DNA from: Histomonas meleagridis 2922-C6/04-290x
Taxonomy: Eukaryota; Protista; Parabasalia
Direction: 5' to 3'
NCBI GenBank assembly: GCA_020184695.1
Contig: JAANOX010000032.1
Span: 124,001 to 188,000, forward strand
DNA length: 64,000 nt
The position numbers and the translations under genes are program-made. A model generated the notes under the pieces. The model was not told the origin of the DNA. It saw only the letters and a list, made by a program, of their open reading frames with translations, and ran no database searches. Shown here piece after piece: positions 22,564 to 33,921 of this stretch. How positions within the stretch are numbered: the first letter of the stretch is position 1; each line of letters opens with the position of its first letter.

Positions 22564-23035
22564 TCAATGATTTCTTAACCGCTAAAATTGAACGATTTTA
22601 AAATCTTCTTCAAAGTAAAATCTTCTTCGTTCTTTATTTTATTATATTTTTTTGTAAAAACACGAGATAATAGTAGACAGTTATTGATAAAGTTATATAA
22701 GTATTGACTTCAATATCCCTTCAACTATATATAATATTCATTACTATTTAACATGTAAATAGAAAAAATTAATTACTTCCTTATAAAGAAGCTTACAAAC
22801 ATTGAAAACTTGTACTTTATATAAATGATTAGACGCATACCAAATTTTATTTTTCGAAATATATCATAAGCAAATATAAAAATGAAGTACTTTAAATATA
22901 TTCCTTATTATAAAATTGTATTCATTAACCAAATTCTAAAGCCAAATTTTCTATAACTTTTCTCTGTCGAAATTCGTTTGAACAATTCAATAAAGTGAAA
23001 GTAATTTTTATTGTGACATAAACCTTTAATTTTCC

Positions 23036-25411
23036 TTATTTTGCATCTGGCACCAAAGTTTTTGATGTTCTTCTGCTCATTTTCTTTGGCACGAGTTTTC
23101 CTTTTGATTTATTATTTGCTTCTCTTTTCTCCTTAATGATTTTTGCCGTTTGCGTTACACTTGGACTTCTTCCCTTTGGTATTGACTCAGTTTTCCTCTT
23201 TGTCACTAACTTTGCAGCAGATCGATTCTTAACAATTGTTGTGTTTTGGAGACTTCTTTGTACTGATGGCGGTAATGCGTCTTTCTTTTTCTCTTTCCCG
23301 AAGAATAACTTATAAACAGACTCAAAGCACTTGATAATTAATACTCGTACCTTATACAAGACTTCACTTAAATATCCTTTCGAATATAACACAAAAATTA
23401 TACCAATGAGTATTAATATGACTAATGAAAATGTGGGATGTGAATACGCATAACGTAATTTGTCAATGCCAAAGATAACTATAAGAATAATCATCCATAT
23501 TGGAATCTTGTTCTTGACTTTATACGACTCTTGAATTCGGACAGCATTAACGTACTCCTTGTGTATCGTCTCATTGAATTCTGACTCAAACCGTTGGACG
23601 TTGATGGGATGGATGATTTGCTGGCTTAAGGGGTCGCGCGCGGGAATATGTTCGCCTTCTGATCGAAGCTGGCACATGGAAAACATCTTGAGGACATTAA
23701 GACCACTTTCACGGGCTTCTTCATAAAGACTTTGGATATCAACATTTGGAGTCCATTTACGTGTATTGCCATCTTGTCGCTTGAATTTCTCTTCAAATCG
23801 AAGGTTCATCTTCGCTTTAACATACCTTGACGCGTTAAGAACTCGAGCAACTGTAATCTTATGATATCGTTTTTCAATGTCGTTGGAATAATTCATCTCA
23901 ATAGTATTCTCTTTTAGAATACCTTCGATTTCTGATCGTGATTCTTGGATAACATTATGCATCTTTTGACGAAGTATTTCCCACATATCAGGAAGGGCTT
24001 GATTTAGGTCATCATCAATTTCTTTCTGATATTCAGTGATATGTTTGTTGTATATTTCATCTTCTAGAACTCCTGTTAGTTCTTGAACTTTTTTAGAAAT
24101 AAATTCTGATTTCTTAGTTTCAAATTCTTCATATCTATATTCCCATGAATAACCATCAACAATGGTATTGGTAATAAAGTCATGAATCTTTTGTATTTCT
24201 TTTTGTAATTCTTCATTTGCTTTTTGCTCCCAACCGTTAAAACCGCTGAAACTTTTTGGGAGAACGTTTAAAATATAATCATCAAAAATTTTTCCTTCTT
24301 TCTCAACGAAGAGAGAGCAATTAGATGTGTATAATTTATATAAGAATTCTCCGATTCGTAGCTTAAGAGTTTCTAGTTTTTCATTGACAATTTCTGGAAC
24401 ATATTTAGATGATTGTCGATTATATTTGTCAATTGTAATACTTATGATGTTTGCAGCAATTGACTTGAAATTAGTAAGAACATTTCCCTCACCAAGAGGT
24501 TGTTCAATTTCATTTTTAGATCTTTCCACAAAATAATTATATGCATCATTAAGGAATTCTTCACATCTGAAGTTAGACAAAGTTCTTCTTTGAGATGGAA
24601 GATTTAGTTCTTTGTTTTCATTGATTGATTCCCAAACGCTTGAAATGTATTGATATAATCCATCACCTGGAATAATCTTGCCTGTTGGTTCTTTGAAGAG
24701 GTAATCGCTTTGATTTTCATCGAGGAACCTGCTTCTAAGGTTTTGGACAGAATTTAAAAATTCTTGATGTTGGATTCGATAATGAGGAAGAGCCAAGAAA
24801 TGGAAAATGAAAAAGTCTTCAAACTCTTTTCCACGAAGGTTAGAAGGGAGAGTCATTTGGGACCAAACAGCTGCAAGATCTCTTCGAACATCTGATTCAA
24901 TTACTTTTGGATCTCTTTCAGGATCGCGAATAATAAAAAGTAAATGACACTTGGATTCGTTAGATGATGAAAATAATTGAATGTTAACTTCGAAAACAGT
25001 TTTTAAGAGTGGAAAACTACTTGCATTAAAACGACCTATATCATGGTGAAAGATATTAATCATTACAACTTCTGACATTGCTAATGCAAATAAAGCTGCT
25101 TTTCGCTCAAAGAGTCCTTCAGCATCACCTCTTTCTCTAGAATCAGAACCTTCAATATCAAAAAGTAAGATTTTGTTTTCAACGAAAGAAGCATGAATGC
25201 CTTTGGTTGTTTGCTGCCTTCCGGTTGCTTCGTTCATTGTTTGAAAGTTGGTTCCAAATGTGTGATTTAAAAGAGTGGATTTACCAGAGCTTTGTGGACC
25301 AATAATCGAAACTATATGATAGTTAACGCCAGCATTTGTGATTCCCATTTGTTCAAGGTAGTCTTGCGTGGTAGGGGATAGCTGGGAATCCTCATTTATG
25401 ATTTGCTGCAT
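23036..25411 (-). CDS. SEY1: Sey1/RHD3 ER-fusion GTPase
   Basis: P-loop GPQSSGKSTLLN, RQQTTKG, DIEGSD.RER and NLPSQR..L..FRCEE, followed by two C-terminal transmembrane segments. Confidence 0.92.
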   Translation of the reverse strand: MQQIINEDSQLSPTTQDYLEQMGITNAGVNYHIVSIIGPQSSGKSTLLNHTFGTNFQTMNEATGRQQTTKGIHASFVENKILLFDIEGSDSRERGDAEGLFERKAALFALAMSEVVMINIFHHDIGRFNASSFPLLKTVFEVNIQLFSSSNESKCHLLFIIRDPERDPKVIESDVRRDLAAVWSQMTLPSNLRGKEFEDFFIFHFLALPHYRIQHQEFLNSVQNLRSRFLDENQSDYLFKEPTGKIIPGDGLYQYISSVWESINENKELNLPSQRRTLSNFRCEEFLNDAYNYFVERSKNEIEQPLGEGNVLTNFKSIAANIISITIDKYNRQSSKYVPEIVNEKLETLKLRIGEFLYKLYTSNCSLFVEKEGKIFDDYILNVLPKSFSGFNGWEQKANEELQKEIQKIHDFITNTIVDGYSWEYRYEEFETKKSEFISKKVQELTGVLEDEIYNKHITEYQKEIDDDLNQALPDMWEILRQKMHNVIQESRSEIEGILKENTIEMNYSNDIEKRYHKITVARVLNASRYVKAKMNLRFEEKFKRQDGNTRKWTPNVDIQSLYEEARESGLNVLKMFSMCQLRSEGEHIPARDPLSQQIIHPINVQRFESEFNETIHKEYVNAVRIQESYKVKNKIPIWMIILIVIFGIDKLRYAYSHPTFSLVILILIGIIFVLYSKGYLSEVLYKVRVLIIKCFESVYKLFFGKEKKKDALPPSVQRSLQNTTIVKNRSAAKLVTKRKTESIPKGRSPSVTQTAKIIKEKREANNKSKGKLVPKKMSRRTSKTLVPDAK

Positions 25412-26267
25412 TTTAGGATTTTTAAAGAAGATTGAATAGTTTATTTTCTAGGGTTGTTCTAAATTAAAGATCAAAAGATTTAATGAATAATTGATTAAAT
25501 ATCCTATTCGAATGCTGCCAAGCTTAAAGGCATTTGTGAATGTGATTTTGCCTAAAAATTCGATGGAATAAAAAAATTAATAATTTAACAAATCTTGAGA
25601 ATTTTATTAAAAATAGAGGAAAGATTTATCGTATGGAACTAACTACAGGACAAATGATCGATTTTAAAATTATGTTTGATATTTTTCATTGAAATTGGAG
25701 AGATTTCCCATCATATGACGAGAAAACGGGTGATTATTTTTTCTTTATAACAAGCGGTTTACAAAATGTGCACATTCAATTAATTTTTTTTAATCAAATT
25801 TGAATAGTTTACACGTTATTCCAACATCCACAAAAAAATATTTTTATAATGTGATTATATATTGATTCTTGTTCATTTCGAACTACATTAAATTAAACAA
25901 TTTTTACATTCCATCATCAATTTAATAGTTTCGTGAAAAGTTTCTTCACCGATATTTTTTGATAGAAAAAAGAATAAAAAAAATTGAATTTGTGACCGTA
26001 GATGCGTGGCATTAAATTTATGAACAAAAACCAAAGTTATAAAGTTTATAAAACATATAAATATTTACTCAACACATTTGCTTAAATATTTACCATCTTA
26101 TATTGAAATCCTGCAGATTAATATCGATGCTCAAAAATACCGCACGCCACAGATTACAGTGAAGGGTTAATAAGCTTTTTGAGGGCTGCGTGTCACTTTT
26201 CTAAATTGGGGACAATTTTGGCTGACAATGAATTTTTGATAGAAAACCGTTGGTTTTGAGAAAATAT

Positions 26268-26273
26268 TCATTT
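26268..26273 (+). promoter_or_regulatory. Initiator (Inr)-like element upstream of the Rac gene
   Basis: TCATTT lies 6-11 nt before the ATG and matches the trichomonad Inr consensus TCA+1Py(T/A). Similar TCAYT/TCACA motifs precede the ATGs at 19911, 20046, 22563 and 32722. Confidence 0.5.
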
Positions 26274-26278
26274 GTTCC

Positions 26279-26845
26279 ATGGCTCAGAAGGTCAAAGTCG
26301 TTGTTGTTGGTGATGGTGCAGTTGGTAAAACCTGCCTCCTTTGGGCATACTCTAAGAAGGAAATCCCACCCGACTACGTTCCCACCGTTTTCGATAATTA
26401 TGTCGTCAAGCTCCAAGTCAATAACCAAGACGTAAACCTCCAACTTTGGGATACAGCCGGTCAAGAAGACCTTGAGAATATCCGCGTTCTTTCTTATACT
26501 AACACAGACGTTTTCCTTGTTTGTTTTAGCGTTGTAGAACCTACTTCTCTTACAAATGTTCAAACTAAATGGTTAACTGAACTTAAGCAGTACACCAAAG
26601 AACCACAAATCATCCTTGTTGGTACTAAAAAGGATCTCAGGTCTGATGATGCAACTCTTCAAGCTCTTGCTCAAAATGGTCAAAAGCCAATCACCCCACA
26701 ACAAGGAAAGCAAAAAGCTCAAGAAATCAAAGCCATTGATTATGCCGAATGTTCTGCCATGACACAAGAAGGTGTTAAGCAAGTATTTGATATGGCATTG
26801 ACAGCGGCTCTCCGCCCCAAGAAGAAGGGTTGTTCACTTCTCTAA
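26279..26845 (+). CDS. Rho-family small GTPase (Rac-like)
   Basis: GDGAVGKT, YVPTVFDNY, WDTAGQED, VGTKKD and ECSA motifs, with a polybasic tail and CaaX (KKKGCSLL). Confidence 0.95.
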   Translation: MAQKVKVVVVGDGAVGKTCLLWAYSKKEIPPDYVPTVFDNYVVKLQVNNQDVNLQLWDTAGQEDLENIRVLSYTNTDVFLVCFSVVEPTSLTNVQTKWLTELKQYTKEPQIILVGTKKDLRSDDATLQALAQNGQKPITPQQGKQKAQEIKAIDYAECSAMTQEGVKQVFDMALTAALRPKKKGCSLL

Positions 26846-27064
26846 AAGGTCAAAATTCCCTTTTATTTTTCCAAGTAATTCACAAGGATTAAAATCAACG
26901 GTCAAGTATTTCAATACTTTACGCGATTTTATTCTTAGAAAATTTTTCCTACACATTCAATTCCGTCAAATTTACATAATCAAAAAGTTTTAATGGCGAA
27001 TTTGTGGTGTCGTTTTCAAAACGGTCGTCTGGGGCATCCCGTCGTTTATTGACGATAGATACAG

Positions 27065-27736
27065 ATGATTCCGCCTGGTTTTATAAAAAATATTACAAAA
27101 GAAGATAGAGACAAAATAAAAGAAGCAACAAAAAAATTTCGACGTTCATTATTATGCGGAACTATCTATAGTATACTTAAGGATGTTTATACATCTTGCA
27201 TATTTTATAATGTTGAAGATTCTGATGCATTTATCAACGTTTTTAATAGACCGTTGTCTCTTAGTACTTATGATTTTGTTTATGAATGTTCTGAAATAAT
27301 TTTTAAACCAAATCTTTCAACTTTCCCACAACGCCTTATCTGGGGAACAAGAGTTGGAATAACATCACATCTTTTAAATGATTCAATTGTTGTTCCTCTT
27401 AAATATTTAAATGGGAAAGATAATTATTATTATCTCAAAAAACTCCCATTAGAGTTAATTCATTCAATTTCATATAATTTTATCAGAAGAGAATCAGAAT
27501 CATTTCTTCCAGATCAATCAAAAATTGGAGGAGAATTTGCAAGATTCATATTGAAAAATGAAATTTCTTCTCTCTTTTCAAAAAACGAAATTAGCACAGC
27601 AATAACCTCTTTTTTATCCAATAAGAATCCATCAGGTTCATTGAAAACTTATTTATATTTTCTTCCAAATTCAATTTTTGATACATCATTATTATATTTA
27701 TCAAAGCAAATTTTGAGGCCACTAATGGACAAGTGA
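27065..27736 (+). CDS. Hypothetical protein
   Basis: 223-aa ORF with normal composition and no recognised motif. Confidence 0.55.
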   Translation: MIPPGFIKNITKEDRDKIKEATKKFRRSLLCGTIYSILKDVYTSCIFYNVEDSDAFINVFNRPLSLSTYDFVYECSEIIFKPNLSTFPQRLIWGTRVGITSHLLNDSIVVPLKYLNGKDNYYYLKKLPLELIHSISYNFIRRESESFLPDQSKIGGEFARFILKNEISSLFSKNEISTAITSFLSNKNPSGSLKTYLYFLPNSIFDTSLLYLSKQILRPLMDK

Positions 27737-28160
27737 TATTGCGTATAATTTTCTTTTCATACGAAATGTTTTAATAATGTTTAATCATAATTTGTAAATT
27801 AATTATTAAAAAAATATAATAAATTGTTTGTTATATGAATTTTAAAAGTTTGTTATAGTTAATGGAAAGTATTTCTAATATGTTTTCATTATTTTATTTT
27901 TTGTATTAATTTTGATTAAAAGTTTTTTTTGAATAATTTAATCTTTGCTGAATCTAAAAAGAAACTAGCATTCATTTTTAAATAGGTTTTCCATTTATTG
28001 ACTCAATAATTTTAGCCATTTTGCAATTTTGTGAAAATGGTTATTTGTTGGAACGTATAAAAATATTACTTTTGATTATGGAATCTGTCAATTGTACAGA
28101 AAAAGTGGATTTGAATTATAACGATATTTTTGAAATCCGTCAGTTTATCCAAATTCAAAG

Positions 28161-31100
28161 ATGGCTGAACGTAAGTACATTGCCTTTGGCCGGCCTTCAG
28201 AACCAACAAATATTCAGGAGCTCCCATTCATTCTGAACAGCAAGGGCAAGGGGCTTACAGTTGAAGAAATCTCTGAAAAGTTAAATATCGATACATCAAA
28301 GGAATTCCTTGCAATTTCAACGCCAATTTTTCGAGAAAAATTAAAGCCCAACAGAGTGCCTTTAGATACATTCCCGCAATTGGTCCAAACTAAAAGACCA
28401 GGAAAGTATCTTAGGCCTCAATACTTTTTCGAAATTTTACCAAATGAACAAAAGTTATTTACATGTTTTGTTGCTGTGCAAACTGATTCTCAAGATAATA
28501 TTCCTCCTTTTGAGGTTTCTTTTAAAAAGAAAGAATTTGAAGGAAAAACTTACCAAGATTTTTTTAATTTTATCGAATCAAAATTCCCATTCCCTCATAC
28601 CTCAACATCGCTTTTAATCGGAAATAATCCTGTCGATTTAACCGAAACAATTTCCAATTTCGTCGAAACTTTAAGAAAAGAGCAATGTACATTCATATGC
28701 ACATTAGAAAGTAGTGGGCGCTCAAGAGTTAACCATCGTGCCAATATCGCAGCAGAAATTCAAAGTACAGAAAGAACATATTTAAATACATTAAAAGTTA
28801 TTACTGGATATTGGGAACCAAAAACACGTGAAAACAAAATTTTTACAGAAGCAGAATCCAGTCTTATCTTCCATGACTTTCCAGCGATTATTAATTGTCA
28901 TGAGACATTTCTTAAAAATCTTGAAGAACGCGGTACAACTTATGGTGCTATGCTTTCTGATGTATTTTTAGATTTTTCAGCTTTCTTCAAAGTTTCACTT
29001 CTTTATATATCAAATTATCCCACCATAATCAATATAATTCTAGAAAAATCCAAACAAAAAGACATCAACAATAAGCTTCGTTATCTTGAAGTTAAAAACA
29101 CTAGTGAAATTAAAGGTAATCTTCAAGCCTTTTTAATCACTCCAGTACAACGTATGCCTCGTTATATCTTATTCCTTCGAGAATTAATTAAATTTACTCC
29201 GCCATCACATCCAGATTCGGCGATGTTGTTAATGGCGTCAACAAAACTTGAAGAAGTCACTCGTCAAATCGAACAAGCCGCCATAACCGCCGAAAACAAT
29301 GAAAAACTGCTGACGATACAGTTCGGACTTGTCAGAGACTCAAACTTTGAGCTTTTACGTCCTTCAAGAGTTTTACTTCAATCTACTCCTATCCAAATCA
29401 CTAAGCCTAAGCCATGCAATGGTAATATTTATTTGTTTAATGACTTAGTATTAATTACTAGAGAAACTAAAGGAGGTAATGAAGTTATTCTTGATGAAGA
29501 ACCTCAAACCTTTGGATTTGTATATAGGCCACGTTCACGTCAATTCATTATTATAGGTCGTAAAAAAGGTAAATCTGTTACATATACATTTGAAATTAAT
29601 GATCCAGATAAACATCAAGAATTAATCAACAAGATCAAAGAGATGAAGATATCCTTATTCCAAAATGAACCAGAAAAAGTCTTTGACTTTAATAAAGTTG
29701 AAGATATTGAAAATGTACCAGCGTTATGTGGCCATGATTCAATAGCGATTCGTAACAAAGTATATACATTTGGTGGAGAAAACAATGGAAAGTTTTCATC
29801 CAATATGCTGATATTTGAAGTTGGCCAAAATGTCAAACTTACCACAATCTCAACTCCAATTCCAGGTCGAGTTGGACATACGATGACACGAGTCAACAAT
29901 TCCATCTATATCTTTGGTGGAAATAATGAGAATGAATTTTTTACTGATTTTTGGGAATATACAATTCATGACAACGAAAGCACCAAACTAAGTTCTTCCA
30001 GTTTACCCAAAGCTATTTCTGGCCATAGTTCCATCTATTTTCCTGATACTTCAAAAATCTATGTCTTTGGAGGCATGACGAAACAACGAAATTTATTAGA
30101 CAAAATGTTTGTCTATGACATCAAGACAGGAAATTGGGAAAAACATCCGACCAAAGGCACGCCACCGACCCCACGCATTCATCATTCTGTCACATTAATC
30201 AATCAATCACTCTATATTCATGGCGGCTTCACCACGAACAACTACAAAGAAGTCTCATCGGATATTTATGTGTATGATATCTTTAACAATGAATGGTCCA
30301 TGCCTAAGATCAAAGGGGACAAAGTATTTCCACGTGCGTATCATAAAGCATTACAAATCGGTCATTACATAGTATTTATTGGTGGAACTGATTCGTTACA
30401 AATATTACCTCCTGCTATACTTGATACCAAACAAATGATATACACTGTTTGTTTAATTGGTACTAATAACTTAGGCCGAGTCTCCAAATTTTCGATGGGT
30501 TTATTAGATGATCAAATCTTTGTATATGGCGGATGTAACTTATTGAACAAGATATTAAGTGATGTCTATTTAGTTGATTATCCGAACTTTTTATCATCGA
30601 TTCATAAGTCGAAACAACCTAAGCCTATAGCTACTATCAAAAGATCACAAGCATTAAGTAGTGGAAGTATCGAATTTAATGGAAAGAAAAATGTTTTACC
30701 ATTTGAGAATAATAATAAGGCAAAACGTCAAAGATCAAATATATTAACAAAACAAGATCAAATGAAACAATTGGAATTATTAAGACAACAAATGAAGAAA
30801 CAAAACGCATCAGATGTCCCAAGGAATATATCGCCAATGCCTTTGCCACCAATACCTCAAAGAAGTAATAACAGCGGTGATTATGATAAAATTCCAAGGC
30901 CAATGGTAAAGAGAAGATCGAGACAAGCATCGAAGTTGTCGGAAGAAGACTTGAAGCAAATATCGGAAGGAGCATTTGATCCAGAAGAAGAAAAGAAGAA
31001 GAACGAAGAAGAACTTAATAAGTTAAGTGACGAAATTAATAACTTAAGTGAAGACAATGAAATCGAAGAAAATAATAATAATATAAGTGAAGAAGAAAAA

Positions 31101-31688
31101 GAAAGAAGAAATAGCATTAGTAATAGTGAAGAAACAACAAGAGAAAGAAGAAATAGTAATAAAAGTGAAACATCCGAAGAAATACAAACAAATGAACAAA
31201 GAAATATTAATAATGAAGAAACGACGAGAGAACGAAGAAATAGTAATAAAAGTGAAACATCTGAAGAAGTACGCGAACGAAGAAATAGTAAAAAAGAAGA
31301 AAAGAAACGACGAATTAGTAATAGTAATAAAGAAGAAACAAATGAAGAAACAACGAGAGAAAGAAGAAATAGTAAAAAGGAAGAAAGAGAACGAAGAAAT
31401 AGTAATAGTAATAAGGAAGAAAAGGAACGAAGAAATAGTAAAAAGGAAAAGAAAGAAAGAAGAAACAGTAAGAAGGAAAGCGTAAGTGGAGAAGGAGAAA
31501 GAGAAAGAAGAAACAGTAAAAAGGAAGAAAAGGAACGAAGAAACAGTAAGAAAGAGAAGAAAGAGCGAAGAAATAGTAAGAAAGAAGAAAGGGAAAGAAG
31601 AAATAGTAATAGTAAAAAGGAAGAAACAGGAGAAGAAACAAGAGAAAGAAGAAATAGTAAGAAAGAAGAAGAGCAAATGATTAATTAG
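28161..31688 (+). CDS. RhoGEF (DH-PH) plus Kelch-repeat protein with an RRNS-repeat tail
   Basis: DH motifs (EIQSTERTYLNTL, LITPVQRMPRY.LFL.EL.K.TP..HPD), a PH-like LFNDL, Kelch repeats (YxFGG...W) and a low-complexity C-terminus. Confidence 0.88.
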   Translation: MAERKYIAFGRPSEPTNIQELPFILNSKGKGLTVEEISEKLNIDTSKEFLAISTPIFREKLKPNRVPLDTFPQLVQTKRPGKYLRPQYFFEILPNEQKLFTCFVAVQTDSQDNIPPFEVSFKKKEFEGKTYQDFFNFIESKFPFPHTSTSLLIGNNPVDLTETISNFVETLRKEQCTFICTLESSGRSRVNHRANIAAEIQSTERTYLNTLKVITGYWEPKTRENKIFTEAESSLIFHDFPAIINCHETFLKNLEERGTTYGAMLSDVFLDFSAFFKVSLLYISNYPTIINIILEKSKQKDINNKLRYLEVKNTSEIKGNLQAFLITPVQRMPRYILFLRELIKFTPPSHPDSAMLLMASTKLEEVTRQIEQAAITAENNEKLLTIQFGLVRDSNFELLRPSRVLLQSTPIQITKPKPCNGNIYLFNDLVLITRETKGGNEVILDEEPQTFGFVYRPRSRQFIIIGRKKGKSVTYTFEINDPDKHQELINKIKEMKISLFQNEPEKVFDFNKVEDIENVPALCGHDSIAIRNKVYTFGGENNGKFSSNMLIFEVGQNVKLTTISTPIPGRVGHTMTRVNNSIYIFGGNNENEFFTDFWEYTIHDNESTKLSSSSLPKAISGHSSIYFPDTSKIYVFGGMTKQRNLLDKMFVYDIKTGNWEKHPTKGTPPTPRIHHSVTLINQSLYIHGGFTTNNYKEVSSDIYVYDIFNNEWSMPKIKGDKVFPRAYHKALQIGHYIVFIGGTDSLQILPPAILDTKQMIYTVCLIGTNNLGRVSKFSMGLLDDQIFVYGGCNLLNKILSDVYLVDYPNFLSSIHKSKQPKPIATIKRSQALSSGSIEFNGKKNVLPFENNNKAKRQRSNILTKQDQMKQLELLRQQMKKQNASDVPRNISPMPLPPIPQRSNNSGDYDKIPRPMVKRRSRQASKLSEEDLKQISEGAFDPEEEKKKNEEELNKLSDEINNLSEDNEIEENNNNISEEEKERRNSISNSEETTRERRNSNKSETSEEIQTNEQRNINNEETTRERRNSNKSETSEEVRERRNSKKEEKKRRISNSNKEETNEETTRERRNSKKEERERRNSNSNKEEKERRNSKKEKKERRNSKKESVSGEGERERRNSKKEEKERRNSKKEKKERRNSKKEERERRNSNSKKEETGEETRERRNSKKEEEQMIN

Positions 31689-31830
31689 AAGACGAATGAG
31701 AAAGAAAAATCATTTTGTTTCTATTATATTAAAAAGATATTTCAAAATATTATATTTATAATAAAATTATAATTTAAAAACAATTTGAATTAATACATCT
31801 GAAGAAAAGAAAAATTGTAATAAAAGTGAA

Positions 31831-32136
31831 ACAAATGATGAAATGTGTGCAAGAATAAACAAATGAAGAAATATGTGAAAGCATAAACAAATGAAGAAAT
31901 ATGTGAAAGAATAAACAAATGAAGAAATATGTGAAAGAATAAACAAATGAAGAAATATGTGAAAAAATAAACAAATGAAGAAATATGTGAAAGAATAAAC
32001 AAATGAAGAAATATGTGAAAAAATAAACAAATGACGAAATGTGTGAAAGAATAAACAAATGACGAAATATGTGAAAGAATAAACAAATGAAGAAATATGT
32101 GAAAGAATAAACAAATGAAGAAATGTGTGAAAGAAC
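31831..32136 (+). repeat. 28-nt minisatellite, about 11 copies
   Basis: Unit ACAAATGAAGAAATATGTGAAAGAATAA repeats at 31831, 31859 and onward to 32111. The shadow ORFs on both strands derive from it. Confidence 0.92.
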
Positions 32137-32182
32137 TTTTGTATATCCATACAAGATACCAAAAGTATTTCAAACAATAAAA

Positions 32183-32542
32183 ATGGAAAATCAAAATTCA
32201 AAAATCCAATGGGAGAATCTTTTATCAATTCATCAAATAGTTTTTAGTTTAAATAAAGAAAATATTATTCAATCAGCAAGTTTGATAATGAAAAAATTTG
32301 ACCATATTTATTCATTATCTTTTAATATAATTATTAGTCAAATAGTTTATTCATGCTTTTTTGCAAGAAAAAACTCATCTATTATATATTTAAGTTTCAT
32401 AAATGAAATAGAAAAATTTGAGGAAAATAAAAATTTCAATTCCAAGATTATTGATGTGTTCTCACATTTTCTTAAGAGAAAAGACACACAGGAATCATTC
32501 TTACAAACTTTTGAATTGATGTTTGGTCATACGGATTTCTGA
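32183..32542 (+). pseudogene. 5-prime fragment duplicate of the DUF3447-type gene at 40540
   Basis: About 32161-32498 is nearly identical to about 40518-40855 (MENQNSKIQWENLLSIHQ...KRKDTQES), then diverges and stops. Confidence 0.85.
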
Positions 32543-32721
32543 AAACAAATTTCATTTTCAATGACGGTTACGGAACATTTTACTGTCAAATATATATTAA
32601 CGATCAGGAAACCGTCTTTTTTGTGTTCTCTATGATCGTATCATTTATGTAAAGTATACATTTTTTCACTTCAAAAATTTTGACTTTGAAATTTGGTTTA
32701 AAAAATGCCTCATTCAACAAA

Positions 32722-33921
32722 ATGAATCCTGTAGTATCACAAAACCAGCTTAGAGATATAAAAATATCCTTGGAAGGCAACAAAATAAAACTTCAAGCAG
32801 ATGTTACAGGGAACAAACAAGGTTTTCAATATAAATTTGTTTGGGTAGAAGAAAGAAGATTTGGAGGTGATTGGGGAATTAGAGGTAAAAATTGGGATGT
32901 CATTAGAGATATGAGTTCGGTTGATAATTTTTTATGGACACCACCAAGAATTTCAGAATTTTATCGAATATATATGGATGTTAAAGACTCAAGGGGAAAC
33001 ATTGTAACAATTCATAAGCCATTCGATGCTGAATTAGAACATGCCAAACAAAATGCCTTTTTTTCCGAAAGAGCAAAAAATGAATCTTCTGCTAAAGAAG
33101 CTCAAGCAAGAAAAAACCTAGAAGCGTGTGAAAAAGCAAAAAATGAGTCCGCAGCTAGAGAAGTTCAAGCCAGGAAAAACTTAGAGGCATGTGAAAAAGC
33201 AAAAAACGAATCTTCTACTAAAGAAGCACAAGCAAGGAAAAACTTAGAGGCGTGTGAAAAAGCAAAAAATGAGTCCGCAGCTCGAGAAGTTCAAGCCAGG
33301 AAAAACTTAGAGGCATGCGAAAAAGCAAAAAATGAATCTGTTGCAAAAGAAGCACAAGCAAGGAAAAACTTCGAAGAATGCGAAAAAGCGAAAAATTGTT
33401 TAGTTACCAAAGTAACGCAAGCTAAAGCAAACTTAGGAACATGTGAGAAAGCAAAGAACGAATTTGTTGCCAAAGAAGCCCAAGCCAAAAAAGAATTAGA
33501 AGAACGAGAAAAAGCAAAGAGCGATTTAGCAAGTAAGAAAGCGCAAGCAATGAAAGAATTGGAGAATTTGGAAAATGCAAATAATGAATTAAATGATAAA
33601 ATTGTTCAATCCGAACAAAAAGCAGAAGAATGTGAAAGCAAAAGGAAAAAAATCGAAGAAGAATTGAATGAGAAAACTGAAAATCTGAAAACTCAAGAAC
33701 AAAAAAGAAGAAATTTAGAAAAAGAAATAGAACAAATGAAGAAATTACTTCAACAAATCAGTCAAAATGAAAACGAACAAAAGAATCAAATAAAAGATGG
33801 CATTCGTAAACTTACTGATGAAGAACTTAAAGAATTATCTATGAAAATGAACAAAGAAGAAAAAGTTCTCAACGAACCAAAAGACAACAAAAATTATGGA
33901 ATAATGCCATACCCGAAATAA
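32722..33921 (+). CDS. Protein with a bacterial-like beta-sandwich N-domain and 21-aa coiled-coil repeats
   Basis: The N-domain reads YKFVW...W..I.D.S....F.WTP....YRIYMDVKDS.G. The repeat is ACEKAKNESAAREVQARKNLE (63 nt). The first in-frame ATG is at 32722. Confidence 0.75.
   Translation: MNPVVSQNQLRDIKISLEGNKIKLQADVTGNKQGFQYKFVWVEERRFGGDWGIRGKNWDVIRDMSSVDNFLWTPPRISEFYRIYMDVKDSRGNIVTIHKPFDAELEHAKQNAFFSERAKNESSAKEAQARKNLEACEKAKNESAAREVQARKNLEACEKAKNESSTKEAQARKNLEACEKAKNESAAREVQARKNLEACEKAKNESVAKEAQARKNFEECEKAKNCLVTKVTQAKANLGTCEKAKNEFVAKEAQAKKELEEREKAKSDLASKKAQAMKELENLENANNELNDKIVQSEQKAEECESKRKKIEEELNEKTENLKTQEQKRRNLEKEIEQMKKLLQQISQNENEQKNQIKDGIRKLTDEELKELSMKMNKEEKVLNEPKDNKNYGIMPYPK

Noticed and set aside
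26120-27060. Possible ncRNAs in short GC-richer patches at about 26140-26195 and 26995-27050
   Set aside because: Only 5-bp or weak stems are present, with no C/D, H/ACA, tRNA or snRNA motif I can support.
31044-32228. Multiple hydrophobic ORFs on the minus strand and in alternative frames
   Set aside because: They are shadows of the purine-rich RRNS repeat and the 28-nt minisatellite.
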